A DNA stretch of 61,844 bases, filler included, from Candidatus Woesearchaeota archaeon CG1_02_57_44 (GCA_001871415.1; 6 parts of 6 records of this genome joined end to end with filler, not necessarily neighbours in it), one strand, 5' to 3'. Counted from the first letter of the whole stretch, positions 1 through 10,512 are shown. The notes: generated from the sequence alone by a model not told the origin. Numbers and translations: made by a program.

Positions 1-434
1 ACCGTGTCAGACGTCGCGTCCTCGCGTGCATCAGTCCTCTTGGTGAAGTGGACAAGCAACGCCCCGTCTTCCTCGATGACCTCATAGTCTCGGCCATACT
101 GGCGTGAATCATAGCTCTCCTTCACATCAAAATGCAGGGAGAGCCATTGCACCGCGTCGCTTTCATAGACGAACGCGTCTGTGTCCTGCACAGGAAAATA
201 GCGCTCACGAAACATCGTCGTCCCCTGGCACTGGCGTTCCACGCACCAGAACTTCTGGACAACCTTCATGACATCGTAGTGGTCTGGCTCGATGTTTTCC
301 AGCACGCGCAGCATCTTGTTGTTCTTACGCACAAAGAATCCCAGATACCTGCTGGCAGGCCTGCCAGATAGTGACAGATAGCCCCCTCTGCGATTGCCGA
401 GTAGAAATCCAATCTGCCCGTTCAACTGCCTCAT
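1..434 (-). CDS. Glycogen-debranching-enzyme-like (amylo-alpha-1,6-glucosidase) N-terminal region, partial (runs off window)
   Basis: Manual translation from ATG at 434: MRQLNGQIGFLLGNRRGGYLSLSGRPASRYLGFFVRK...FDVKESYDSRQYGRDY. It resembles the GDE N-terminal 'LLxNxxGGY...RYxG' pattern. TATA-like TTTATATA at ~533-540. Not in the ORF track. Confidence 0.5.
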   Translation of the reverse strand, partial: MRQLNGQIGFLLGNRRGGYLSLSGRPASRYLGFFVRKNNKMLRVLENIEPDHYDVMKVVQKFWCVERQCQGTTMFRERYFPVQDTDAFVYESDAVQWLSLHFDVKESYDSRQYGRDYEVIEEDGALLVHFTKRTDAREDATSDT

Positions 435-703
435 GACAATCCCCAGACAGCAGCATCCGCGCCACCAGCGGCTCTTACCACAGGCCCCATATTCACAACC
501 CTTCCCATCAGCGCCCAGCCCCCACTCACAGGTTTATATATCTTGCGCAGGGAGAGAGGATGCATGCACAGACTAATGAAGTCAGCCTGACCGCCGTCAA
601 GAGCCATCAGTATATACCAACGCCTGCCCGATTCCGCCCTTTCCGTAACCCTTCCGATTTTTTCTCGCGAGCGCCTATTAAGGAGTTTCAGATTATGTGA
701 TTC

Positions 704-2293
704 ATGACGAACGCGAGTAATAATCAACAGGCAGATGGACCTGTGACGCTGGACCGCGTCCTTGAAAAATACTTGCAACCCCCAACACCCCCTGTTTCCC
801 CGCAGAGCGATGCATCCTTTGCCCTGATCCCTGCTGACATCGGAGACCAAGGCGACCAGGATGACAGCCATCACGCACTGGTTCCCGCAGCATCGGTTCC
901 TGCGACACTGATTCCTGCCACGGCGACCCAACAACTTCGTTTCCCCTACATCACCCCAGCTGCCATCAGCTTCGGCCAGGAATGTATCAATACCACCAGA
1001 ACACTCCTTGAGACGCTCGACCAGGATCTACAGGAATATTGCAACAGCAGCCCTCTGACAAGCGCAGGCCAGCAGACCTTTGGCTTTCCCGATATGCTCC
1101 TCGCCGCCGCTATCACGCAGTCGACCGTGATGCTGGTCGGAGATTCAGGCACGGCTAAGACCCTGGTCTGCAGGCTTGCCATGCGAAGCCTGTTTGGCGC
1201 GGAAGCGGTGGAGCGCGACATCACTGAAGGCCTCAGCCAGGAGGAGTTCCTGGACATCGACATGGGCGTGATACGCAATGGTGGACGCTTGCAGGACGCC
1301 TATCAGGCACTACCCATCATCACCGGCCCGGCGAAATTATTCAATGAGATAAATCGCGCGCAACCATCGCTGCAAAACATCTTCATTCCCTTGCTGGATA
1401 ACTGTTTCTCACCGCTAGGAAAGGATGTCGCCTGCGGCCTGCAATATGGCGGCGGCGCTTACCAATGGGTGCTTATGACCATGAATCGCGGGGCAGACTA
1501 CTCAGGAACATCTCCGGTCGATAGAGCCGTGCAGGAGCGTGTTGCCCTTACCATCCCCATGGAGGAATTCATGCCCGGAGTCGACGACAACTCCCGCATG
1601 GTGCGCGCCCAGCAACCCTCCCGAGGATCGCAGGGACAAGGACCGTCGGGCCTGACCGCCGGGCCGCGCGAGAGGCAAACGCAGGAACACACGCCTGCGC
1701 AGCGTCAGCATATCGGCGAGCTGCTCTGCCTGCACCTTGCCGCAAGGTCTATCCCGCTCGAGGAGGACAGCATAGCCCTGGCGACGTACATGCTCAACCT
1801 CGACCATTGCGTCAAGGCGACCGGCTACAGGAAAGCAGCGGGCCACTCCCTGGCCGAGTGTGAAGGATGCGCGCATGCCAAGCCGAACAAGGGCCTGTGC
1901 GGCCTCATCCGCGCCCCGTCAGCAAGGAGCGTGTGCCGCTGGATATCTTATACTGCCGGATTCGCCCTGGTTAGGGCTGCACGGACAGGCGTGCCGGCAG
2001 ACAAGCTGGCTATCACGCCAGACGACCTGGTCGCGACGGCCCCGTTGACATTGTATGACAGGATGCCTGTACGCCCGGAAGCGCTCGATGGCTTCAGTGG
2101 GCAGGCCGCAGCGATAAACTACGTGGTGAGGAATTGCCGCAGGCGCTGCGATGAATTTCTGGCCACAGCGCATGGACGGCAATACCTGCTCGGGGGCGAC
2201 TTGACTGCTGCAGCGAGAAAAGATCTCGAGCGATACGCCATGGACAAGGACCCGTGGGCAGTGCGCATCGATGACATGAGGGCCTGCCGATGA
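704..2293 (+). CDS. MoxR-like AAA+ ATPase with Cys-rich insert
   Basis: Walker A GDSGTAKT; Walker B region LFNEINRAQPSLQN; TMN..Y.GT..DRA..ER sensor/Arg-finger pattern; C..CEGC..LC cluster. Confidence 0.8.
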   Translation: MTNASNNQQADGPVTLDRVLEKYLQPPTPPVSPQSDASFALIPADIGDQGDQDDSHHALVPAASVPATLIPATATQQLRFPYITPAAISFGQECINTTRTLLETLDQDLQEYCNSSPLTSAGQQTFGFPDMLLAAAITQSTVMLVGDSGTAKTLVCRLAMRSLFGAEAVERDITEGLSQEEFLDIDMGVIRNGGRLQDAYQALPIITGPAKLFNEINRAQPSLQNIFIPLLDNCFSPLGKDVACGLQYGGGAYQWVLMTMNRGADYSGTSPVDRAVQERVALTIPMEEFMPGVDDNSRMVRAQQPSRGSQGQGPSGLTAGPRERQTQEHTPAQRQHIGELLCLHLAARSIPLEEDSIALATYMLNLDHCVKATGYRKAAGHSLAECEGCAHAKPNKGLCGLIRAPSARSVCRWISYTAGFALVRAARTGVPADKLAITPDDLVATAPLTLYDRMPVRPEALDGFSGQAAAINYVVRNCRRRCDEFLATAHGRQYLLGGDLTAAARKDLERYAMDKDPWAVRIDDMRACR

Positions 2294-4233
2294 CAGCTGA
2301 CAGCCAGGCGCCCCCCCCTGCAGCGCGGATGCAGGACGCATCCTGCGTCGGGCAGCTGCGCGTGCAAAACCCCTCCAGCTCAGCAGGCCTCGCCCGGCAG
2401 ACCCCAGCAGGCGACACCCTTGACGAATCCCTGCAGGCCTGCTACGCCATCGCCAAGATGCAGGGATACGATGCCACGTGGATGCAGGCCGGAGACAGCA
2501 GCGTGCCAGTAGAGGCGTGGATAGACCTGAAGAACTGGTGCATGACCATCAACACGGCACCTGATCTGGAGGACCGGGTCACCAGGGCCCTGCAGAGCAA
2601 TCGGCAAAGACGACCGCGCTCAAGGTATGCCACGGTCGCGACCCTACCAGCGATAGGACGCATGCTCGAGACCATCACCCGTCATGAGCTGGGGCATTGG
2701 GAATTCTGCCCGGGCTCAGCGTCAGACTATGTCGCCATCCTCGATGCTTGTGCCAGCGTGGATAGCAGCAACGCGACAGTCGTGGCCAATATGTTCACCG
2801 ATACGATCGTCAATACGCACCTAACGCAGGAGATGAGCGCCGGCGACAGGTTCCTCGACGGGCTGGGGCTGGTCTATCTGGTGTCCCTCCATAAGAGAAG
2901 GCGACAGCCGACGCTGTCATTGTTCCTCGGGATCATGCTTGGGTGCATCACTGATGACGCGGAGTTGCTCGATCTATCAGGGAAATATCGGTCCAGCGCC
3001 CTGGCCCATGACGGCATCGCCCTGTTCCGTGGGACAGACTATCGCATTGGCAGGGCATGGCCGCTGCTGGCACGACAATACGCGGCGCTCTTCCAGCGGC
3101 TGCAGCAGGACAATGCCAATGGAGCATCATCATCGGGAGTGCCTAGAGCAGCAGAGAAGCGGATCAATGGCAATGCCCTGCCAGGGCTCAGCCGACCCCT
3201 TGTCGACCCGCAGGGCAGGAATTACTGGGAGGCCGTCTTTGCCCTGGCGCGCCAGGGAAGCACAGACAACACAGGGGACCAAGAAGACGGCAGGGAGGAC
3301 CACACGGCGAAGCTTGGCGCGACGGTTGAAGCGCAAGGACAGCAGACAGGCGCAGGGGGCCGGGATACTATCGCACGGGATGGCGATGATCCTGCCGCGT
3401 CCGCATGGGCATGGGATACGCCCGCTCCAGGAAGCCCGGGCGCGAGCCTGCTCCGCCCGTCCATCCTTGCGCAGGATTGGTTCTTTCGCCTGCATGCCCA
3501 GAAGGTCTGCCTGCGCGCGCAACTCGATGATGCGCCCACAAGGACCATATACAGCACAGGGCATCTGGTCGACGATGAGCACACGGACGGGCGAAGGATG
3601 CGATGGGGCCGCACCCTGTATCTTCCGGCAACAGCGCAGGGACAGCGCCTGCTGTTGACGCAACGTGAGGGCCCGGTGCCATTGCCTGCGCCCGGAACAG
3701 AGCGCATGCCGCAGCTGCCTGACATCGCATTCATCATCGACTCGAGCGGTAGCATGGGATATCGTCCGTTTGACCTGCGATGCCCCTATGGCCTGCTGCT
3801 GCTCGCGTGTTACTCGGTCCTGCGCCATCTTGATGAGAAGAACGCGCCGATAAGGACAGCGTGTGTCAATTTCTCGAGCACCACCAAATCCTCAGGCTGG
3901 CAGGAGCGTCACAATCAGCACAAGATGAGAAAGACCCTGCTCGCATATGAAGGCGCAGGGACGATATTGGATATCAGCGCATTAAGTAAGCTTGACAAGG
4001 CGACGAACAGACCGTATTGGCAGTTGCTCGTGACCGACAGCGGCCTTGGCAATACTGCACAGGCGAGCGGATATCTTTGTCAGACGAGGAATCGGGTCAC
4101 CTTGTTGCAGATAGGAGATCCGACGGTGCTATCAAAGGCGCTTGATGCTGCCGGAAGACAGGTCGCATATGTTCATGCGCCTGAGCAGATTACAGGTATG
4201 CTCCTCGAGCAGGCGGTGAGCATCTACGGATAG
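2290..4233 (+). CDS. HExxH metallopeptidase-like + VWA domain protein (MoxR partner)
   Basis: RHELGH motif; C-terminal MIDAS FIIDSSGSM...GT...LVTD; ATGA overlap with the AAA gene. Confidence 0.75.
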   Translation: MTADSQAPPPAARMQDASCVGQLRVQNPSSSAGLARQTPAGDTLDESLQACYAIAKMQGYDATWMQAGDSSVPVEAWIDLKNWCMTINTAPDLEDRVTRALQSNRQRRPRSRYATVATLPAIGRMLETITRHELGHWEFCPGSASDYVAILDACASVDSSNATVVANMFTDTIVNTHLTQEMSAGDRFLDGLGLVYLVSLHKRRRQPTLSLFLGIMLGCITDDAELLDLSGKYRSSALAHDGIALFRGTDYRIGRAWPLLARQYAALFQRLQQDNANGASSSGVPRAAEKRINGNALPGLSRPLVDPQGRNYWEAVFALARQGSTDNTGDQEDGREDHTAKLGATVEAQGQQTGAGGRDTIARDGDDPAASAWAWDTPAPGSPGASLLRPSILAQDWFFRLHAQKVCLRAQLDDAPTRTIYSTGHLVDDEHTDGRRMRWGRTLYLPATAQGQRLLLTQREGPVPLPAPGTERMPQLPDIAFIIDSSGSMGYRPFDLRCPYGLLLLACYSVLRHLDEKNAPIRTACVNFSSTTKSSGWQERHNQHKMRKTLLAYEGAGTILDISALSKLDKATNRPYWQLLVTDSGLGNTAQASGYLCQTRNRVTLLQIGDPTVLSKALDAAGRQVAYVHAPEQITGMLLEQAVSIYG

Positions 4234-4270
4234 TCCGGGGTATGGCGTCAGAGGAGGACAGCCCGGCATG

Positions 4271-4325
4271 TTCCGCAGCGATCAGCAGCGTTCCGTAGCA
4301 ATCCGCAGCGATCAGCAGCGATCCC
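4271..4325 (+). repeat. 10-bp tandem repeat (consensus WTCMGCAGCG) x5.5
   Basis: ttccgcagcg atcagcagcg ttccgtagca atccgcagcg atcagcagcg atccc. Confidence 0.85.
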
Positions 4326-4347
4326 AAGAGAGGGATAGTCCAGGAGT

Positions 4348-6036
4348 ATGGCGCCCGTGGAGGCGATACGTGCAGGCAGGAGAGTCCAAGGAAAAGAAGA
4401 GATAAGCAGGAGAGAAGCGACGAGCAGAGACCGGGAGCGCATCATGGGACTGCTGGAGGATATCACGCAGGCATTGGCAGACAGGTCCGCACGACAGGCG
4501 GTCGCGGACTGGCAGGATCCTGCCATTGATCAGTTGCTGCGCGACAGCGCTGCTGGCCCTCATGCTCAGGATCCGCAGGTGCGATCTCTAGTGAGACTGC
4601 AGGAGAGCTATCGGCAGCTCGCCCTTCTCCTGGATTGGTGCGCAAGGGCGACCACTCTCGACGGATTGGCTGCGAGCGCTGCCTTGCATCCCGGCCTGAC
4701 CCCGTGTCTGCCAGCCGTCCTGCCTAGGCATCAGCAGGAAGCGGCCGACGTGCTGAGAATAACACAAGGATACGCCAGAGCGCAGGTGGCGATGGCAGTG
4801 TCGCGCACCTACCAGAGGTATGCCCAGATAGGCAATGACGCCCAGATAAGCAGTGGTGCCCAGAATGGCAGTGGCGTGGAGCAGCAGAGCGCTCAGGATA
4901 CCATCCTGCAGCGCATCCTCGACGAGCATGTGCGAAGCGTCGAGCAGGTGGCGCTGGCCGTGTCCTGCAGGAGCAGCGAGACAGCCCGGCGACCAGCATC
5001 AGGACGGTCGACCCACAGGGCAGCGGCATCAGACTCACATGATAGTGATGCAGGGGTTCGCGCAGCCCCGGCACCGCAGGACCAGCAAGCGCGGTATCTG
5101 GCGCGCGACGCAGCCTGTCACGCGCTGCTGACAGCGACCACCTACGACGCCGTAGAAGATGCCTTGCGTCAGGCGAGACCACTGCAGGAGGCATCGGCAA
5201 GCGTCAGCGGTGAATCGGACGTCAGCCGGGATACCTTGCTGCGCGATGCCATCACCTATGCCCGGGGCAGGCTGCCCCTGCTGCGCCAGCAGGAGAGAGA
5301 CCATCTGCAGGCCCGGTGGGACTCGTCCTCAGCGAGTGAGCGCCTGCAGTGCTGGGCATGGTATCAGCAACGCGCGGAAGAGCTTGCCTATGGTCCGCTG
5401 ATGGACGCGATGCAACAGGAGCGCGCAGATGCGCAGCAGACGCAGGATGCCCGAAGACTGCTGCAGGACGCGATGCCGCTATCAGGTCGATACGACGACC
5501 GCATGACGGATGCAGACAGCAGCGATCCTAGAACAGGACAGACAGTGATCGATGACCTCGCGCGACGTGCCCGGGCATTGCGTATGCTGCGTGGACTTCG
5601 GACAGAGGCGCTCGAGCAGCAGATAGCGCACGCGACAGGAGCATATCTGCGTGACAGCAGGGACGCCTGGCAGCAGGCGTGCCAGGAGATCTTCACCCAC
5701 TATCAGGATGAGCGTATCCCATCGCGGACACACGGTGCAGCACTGCCTTCGGTCGTGGATTCTCGACAAGGAGAAGCAGGACCACAGGGGATGACACGCG
5801 CTATCAGAAGATTCTTTGGCGTCCCCGCATCCACGGCGCAGCACATCCACTCGCGCGCGACGCAGCCGCATAGCGCTGATGGCACGACGCCTTCGGCCAT
5901 ACACCTTGACGCGCTCGCGCTTGATATCCTGGGCGTCACATCGGCTTGCCCGTATCGTCAACACGCAGAAAATCCGCGAACAGATAATGGGGTATATCAA
6001 AGCATTTCAGCTCTGCCATCGCGGCCTCGTTGCTGA
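4348..6036 (+). CDS. Hypothetical alpha-helical Ala/Gln/Arg-rich protein
   Basis: 562-aa ORF co-oriented with the AAA-VWA pair; GGAG upstream of ATG; no recognisable motif. Confidence 0.55.
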   Translation: MAPVEAIRAGRRVQGKEEISRREATSRDRERIMGLLEDITQALADRSARQAVADWQDPAIDQLLRDSAAGPHAQDPQVRSLVRLQESYRQLALLLDWCARATTLDGLAASAALHPGLTPCLPAVLPRHQQEAADVLRITQGYARAQVAMAVSRTYQRYAQIGNDAQISSGAQNGSGVEQQSAQDTILQRILDEHVRSVEQVALAVSCRSSETARRPASGRSTHRAAASDSHDSDAGVRAAPAPQDQQARYLARDAACHALLTATTYDAVEDALRQARPLQEASASVSGESDVSRDTLLRDAITYARGRLPLLRQQERDHLQARWDSSSASERLQCWAWYQQRAEELAYGPLMDAMQQERADAQQTQDARRLLQDAMPLSGRYDDRMTDADSSDPRTGQTVIDDLARRARALRMLRGLRTEALEQQIAHATGAYLRDSRDAWQQACQEIFTHYQDERIPSRTHGAALPSVVDSRQGEAGPQGMTRAIRRFFGVPASTAQHIHSRATQPHSADGTTPSAIHLDALALDILGVTSACPYRQHAENPRTDNGVYQSISALPSRPRC

Positions 6037-6235
6037 TATCCTTGCTCAGGTAGACGTCCCGTGAGCCCGATGCCCACTTCCAGCCATGCTGTTCAAGGAT
6101 CCTGAGCGCCTTGCCCACGTCGCTGAAGCGCCTGGCGATCTCTTGCCCGACGCGCTCAATGCCCGCGATGTCCAGGTCGCCCATGCCCATGGCTTCTTCC
6201 GCGTCTTCGAGCAGCAGTATGGAGATATTGACCAT
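5936..6235 (-). CDS. Small hypothetical protein (99 aa)
   Basis: Natural-looking composition, AT-rich upstream region; overlaps the 3' end of the convergent ORF by ~100 bp. Confidence 0.55.
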   Translation of the reverse strand: MVNISILLLEDAEEAMGMGDLDIAGIERVGQEIARRFSDVGKALRILEQHGWKWASGSRDVYLSKDISNEAAMAELKCFDIPHYLFADFLRVDDTGKPM

Positions 6236-6313
6236 GAGAAGACCGTGATGCTGCCAGGTTAAAAAATCTTGCTATTCTTGCTATTCATGCCGGATCCCGC
6301 AACCGCTGAGGAT

Positions 6314-6862
6314 TCACTTCCCAAGATGCGAGAGGATATCCGCCTTTGTGATGACCCCCTTGGCCTTGCCCTTGTCCATGACAATCAGCAGGGGAAAATG
6401 CTTGAGCAGGTCGCGCACCGCGTGCATGCTCGCGTCTTTTGCTACAGACGGAGGTGACGCTTCCATCACATCGTCAGCCGTGAGTTTGCTCACATCCTTG
6501 CCGCTTGCGACCGCCTCAAGGATAGTGGCTTCAGAGATCAGACCAATGACTTGCGATCCTTCAAGGACAGGGATCTGGCTTATGTTGTTCTTCTTCATCT
6601 TCTGCGCGACGTCAAGGACGAGCTGGTCCTGTGTCACGCTCATCAGCTTGCTGGTCATGATATCCTGCGCCCGTGAGTTCTCTTTCTGGCTGAGCAGCTC
6701 CAAGGACTCCAAGATGCGCTTGGCCTTGCTGTAGGCCGGATCGATGCTTCCAGACTCGATCTTCGCGATGAGGCTTTGTGACACATTCGCCTGCCTGGCG
6801 AGCTGCTGCTGCGTGAATCCTAGCTTCTTTCGCAATGGCTTGATATCATTAAGTTCGAGCAT
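6314..6862 (-). CDS. XRE-HTH + CBS-pair transcriptional regulator
   Basis: RKKLGFTQQQLARQANVSQSLIAKIESG HTH followed by two CBS domains. Confidence 0.9.
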   Translation of the reverse strand: MLELNDIKPLRKKLGFTQQQLARQANVSQSLIAKIESGSIDPAYSKAKRILESLELLSQKENSRAQDIMTSKLMSVTQDQLVLDVAQKMKKNNISQIPVLEGSQVIGLISEATILEAVASGKDVSKLTADDVMEASPPSVAKDASMHAVRDLLKHFPLLIVMDKGKAKGVITKADILSHLGK

Positions 6863-6972
6863 AAAAATGCGGATATGAATGTCCTATTTATGGTTATCGG
6901 AATCGCGAAAAAAAGCAGTACAACGCCCGCACCACCCATAACTTTATTAAATACAGCGCGGTGCAGTACTTC

Positions 6973-7125
6973 ATGAAATGCGTCATCTGCGACGGCGACG
7001 TGGACTACGTCATCAAGGGCACGCACGAAGGATACTGTAAGGAATGCGCCCTTGAGCATTTTGAGGACGTTGACATGCTAGAGCCACGGGGGAATGCCAA
7101 TGCTAAAGAAGACGACAGTGAATGA
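6973..7125 (+). CDS. Small Zn-finger protein (50 aa)
   Basis: Manual translation MKCVICDGDVDYVIKGTHEGYCKECALEHFEDVDML...; two CxxC pairs; TTTATTAAA ~25 nt upstream. Confidence 0.7.
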   Translation: MKCVICDGDVDYVIKGTHEGYCKECALEHFEDVDMLEPRGNANAKEDDSE

Positions 7126-7293
7126 CGAAAAGAAAGTGAGTTTTGCCGCGTCATCAAAGAGCAAATCATTGCAAGAATTTCTTGAAGAAGAGTAAGCGCA
7201 GCCACAGGTCAATCAAGACAAGCTGTCGCCCAGCACGCATACACTGCTTCGCAGGCGCATCCCGCACAGGGTCATTTCCGCGTGCACAAATAT

Positions 7294-9462
7294 TCATAAA
7301 TCATTTGCCAGAACCGACAGTCGCTCCCTGGCGACCGTAGCGACAGTGCCTTCGCGTTGGGCCAGCAGCGCGTACTCTCTCGCGATGCTGCCAATACGAT
7401 CGTTGCGGTTGTTGAGCAGCTGCGCGGCAAGGACATAATCCTGCGCCTGTATGGCATTCTGCACATCGCCCGCCAGTACCGGAGGCATGATGCCGCTCAG
7501 ACCTGCAGCGATGCGGGCGACCGCTGCGAACAGAGCCTCAAGCTGCTGGGAGTCATAGTTCTGGTACGGACCCAAAAGCGATGCGTCATGGCGACGCTCC
7601 AGTATCAAGGGAGGAAGAATGATTTCTGCCACTTCCGTGATATCAGGAAACTGCCAGAGGCATCGACCACCACGGCCACCAAGGGTCATAAGTTCCCTCG
7701 CTAGCAGGGTTGATTGCTCATCAGGCTTGATGACCGATATGATGCCGGAGGAGAGCACCAGAACGGCCTTTATGCCCACGCGGACAGCAATGATCCTTGC
7801 TTCCCTGGCAATGTCGCTATCAGGTCCGTCCAGCATGCCGACACCGACGCTGACCAAGGCATGACAATGGTAGCGCTCGGCTAGCGCGAGAGCGACACCC
7901 CCCGTATACTCATGCTCCGGGCGCGATGGCCCTGGCGAGCTGTGGGGCGCTATGATGAGCAATGGCCTGTCTCCGGGATGATGGATAATGCGAGGTTCTC
8001 CTGTGTATTGCACGAGCGAGAACTCCAGGTCACGGATGCGCGCGAGCGATTCAGGCAAGGGATACTGGTACGCGTGCCCTCTGGGCGACAGGGTCGTGTC
8101 TGCTGTCAACATAACCATGTCGGCTGTTGCTGCGCGTGTCTTAAGCGCCTGAGGAAGCGTGCAGGAGTAAGAGGGAAGTTCTCCCTGGACAATAGGACAG
8201 CTCATCGCGCCATTGATGGATACCCTGGCGCCTTGCGCGATTCCCAGCGCCTTGAGCACATCCGGCGAGCAGGTGATGCACCCCTGCCGGTCCTTCGACG
8301 CTGTGATAGATACATGGACAGTCGCTGGCGTAACAGACGCGGGAAGCGATGCGGCCGTGCACGTCGCTGTGCGCAGCGCATTGGTCCCCAGCATGGCGAG
8401 CAATATGTCTTCTGCTATCCAGCCATGGCCAGAATCGCCCCAGGATGCAATGCCGGTACGCACCTTATAGGCCCGCAGCGTGCCATGAGAACTTGGGCGA
8501 TGCTCACTGAAGCCGACAAGCAGGACAGCAAGAGAACTGACAGGTTTCCCAAATCGGGTGATGGTCCCTTCACCGTAGCTTGAGAATTGCTCATCCACCT
8601 GCAGGACGCAATAGACCAACTGCCCCTGAGCAAGGACTCTTGGCAGATCTGTTGCAGCGACAATGCAGTGGCCGACGAGCCCGTAGGCCGGATGCTTCGT
8701 CAGCGCGTCAAACGCATCGCCACCATATCTTCCCCTGAGGTCCACGCGTATCAGAGGTCCCGCTTGTCCCTGGTTATGAAGATAGGATACGAAGTCTGTG
8801 AAGGTATCCTGCACAGGCCCCATGTGCGATGAAAGGTCACTGTCAGGGATATGCTCATCAGTGTGAGAGAGATCATCTCCAACACCCAGGCCTAGCGCAG
8901 ATGACTTTCGGGCAGAACCTTCAGGCACCACATACGCAGCGTCATCTGGTCGCGCAGGATCAGGAGGGACATGACCTATGCGCGCGCCCTTTGCTCGCAG
9001 TGCCCTACGACGCTGAAGAGGAACATGTATAGCAACAGCGCCCGTATCCCTGGCATTGAAGCGGCCCGCAGGAGATCCTCCCTGTGAGGTAGCGAGATTA
9101 GTGCCTTCTGAGTAGCCTGAACGCGCAGCGTGAACAGCGATGCCGCTGACCGGCGCGACAGAAAGCACGAAGCTGCCATCACGCGAGGAACTGCCCCGGG
9201 CAAGCTTGATGCCCTGTGCTTCTGCCCAGACACGTGCCTTGATGCCCTCGTGCGTAGCCTCATCAAAGACCTGACCCTTGAGCACTGCTGAAGCGAGCGA
9301 GCGCTCGCGACGATGCGACAGCAACGCGGCCAGCAGCAACAACAGCAGGCCAGGAGCCATGAGCCAGGCAGCGCTGAAGCTACCCGCGATGATGCACGCT
9401 AATCCTGCTATGACCAGGATAATGTCTATACCGTCACGTATCGTATTCACCCCTTTTGCCAA
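7294..9462 (-). CDS. Membrane-anchored multidomain protein with degenerate papain-like and amidohydrolase-like segments
   Basis: Two N-terminal TM helices; AVLLVGF...SWGDSGHGWI; LLIIAPHS...EYTGGVALALA. Confidence 0.55.
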   Translation of the reverse strand: MAKGVNTIRDGIDIILVIAGLACIIAGSFSAAWLMAPGLLLLLLAALLSHRRERSLASAVLKGQVFDEATHEGIKARVWAEAQGIKLARGSSSRDGSFVLSVAPVSGIAVHAARSGYSEGTNLATSQGGSPAGRFNARDTGAVAIHVPLQRRRALRAKGARIGHVPPDPARPDDAAYVVPEGSARKSSALGLGVGDDLSHTDEHIPDSDLSSHMGPVQDTFTDFVSYLHNQGQAGPLIRVDLRGRYGGDAFDALTKHPAYGLVGHCIVAATDLPRVLAQGQLVYCVLQVDEQFSSYGEGTITRFGKPVSSLAVLLVGFSEHRPSSHGTLRAYKVRTGIASWGDSGHGWIAEDILLAMLGTNALRTATCTAASLPASVTPATVHVSITASKDRQGCITCSPDVLKALGIAQGARVSINGAMSCPIVQGELPSYSCTLPQALKTRAATADMVMLTADTTLSPRGHAYQYPLPESLARIRDLEFSLVQYTGEPRIIHHPGDRPLLIIAPHSSPGPSRPEHEYTGGVALALAERYHCHALVSVGVGMLDGPDSDIAREARIIAVRVGIKAVLVLSSGIISVIKPDEQSTLLARELMTLGGRGGRCLWQFPDITEVAEIILPPLILERRHDASLLGPYQNYDSQQLEALFAAVARIAAGLSGIMPPVLAGDVQNAIQAQDYVLAAQLLNNRNDRIGSIAREYALLAQREGTVATVARERLSVLANDL

Positions 9463-9648
9463 GAGCAGATAGCGTCAAGGTTCACCCCTTTTTCGCGCTT
9501 GGCGTGCATGATGTGCCCTGATGCTATTTAAACCTTGTTGCGGCAGATGCATCGCTGATTGCATAGGACAGGACGATGAAGAAAAGAATCGCTAAGACCA
9601 TAGAAAAGGAGCGGCGCACTGGACAATGGAGAACGGGAATGACCCTGG

Positions 9649-10412
9649 CTAAGACAGTATCGGCTTGCCCTTCACAGACACGTGTTCAGCGGCTATCGGC
9701 TGAATAGCAGCAAGGAGCTCTTCAGGACTGCGCACGCCATCGATGGGGGTATCAGGATACAGGTCAGTCTTGCTGACATACACGAGGACCTGCGCGATGG
9801 ATTTCGCGCGGACCAGAAGTCGCTTCTGTTCAGCGTCATCCATGCTGGGATCAAGGACCAGACAAATGAGGTCTGCGTGCTTTGCGGCAATCTCTGCCTG
9901 CAGCTCGATGTCATTGGCATGATCGCGACTCAACACGCCAGGCGTGTCAATGAACTGGATACCATGCACGTAGCCGAGATTCAGGCTCTTGGTCGTGAAC
10001 GCGTAGGGTTGCACTTCCGGCGTCGCGGTGGTCAGCTTGCCTAGCAGCGTGCTCTTTCCTGCGTTGGGCATACCAAAGAGCACGACCGTGAACGCGTTCT
10101 TGAGCTCAGGCAGCCGACGAAGGGCCTTGCGGGCCACTTCCAGAGACACAAGGTTCTCATCTATCTGCTTGAGAACAGAACATAAACGCCCCTGGTATTT
10201 CCTAGTGACCTCCTGCTGAGCGTCGTGCGTGCCAGGGACTGTTTTTCCAAAGTGTGTCTGCTTCTTGGACATCCTGCGCATGAATGCGCGGTACTGGAGG
10301 CGCAAGTGATGCGACTTTCGCTTGCTCCAGTCAACGGCGCCAAGACTCTTTCGCATGTGAGGGTAGTCAGTGACAGCAGTGGCAAGCTCGCGATAGATTT
10401 CATCAATGTCAT
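9649..10412 (-). CDS. NOG1-family GTPase, 5'-truncated by gap
   Basis: GMPNAGKST, PEVQPYAFTTKSLNLG, DTPG, SKTD; frame stays open to the contig end. Confidence 0.85.
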
Positions 10413-10512
10413 NNNNNNNNNNNNNNNNNNNNNNNNNNNNNNNNNNNNNNNNNNNNTTAATTAATTAANNNNNNNNNNNNNNNNNNNNNNNNNNNNNNNN
10501 NNNNNNNNNNNN
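10413..10512. other. Artificial contig spacer
   Basis: N-run + TTAATTAATTAA (stops in six frames) + N-run. Confidence 0.98.

Noticed and set aside
10413..10512. Recurring TTAATTAATTAA motif (five times)
   Set aside because: Always embedded in N-runs of fixed length; an assembly spacer. ORFs crossing it and gene neighbourhoods across it are artefacts.
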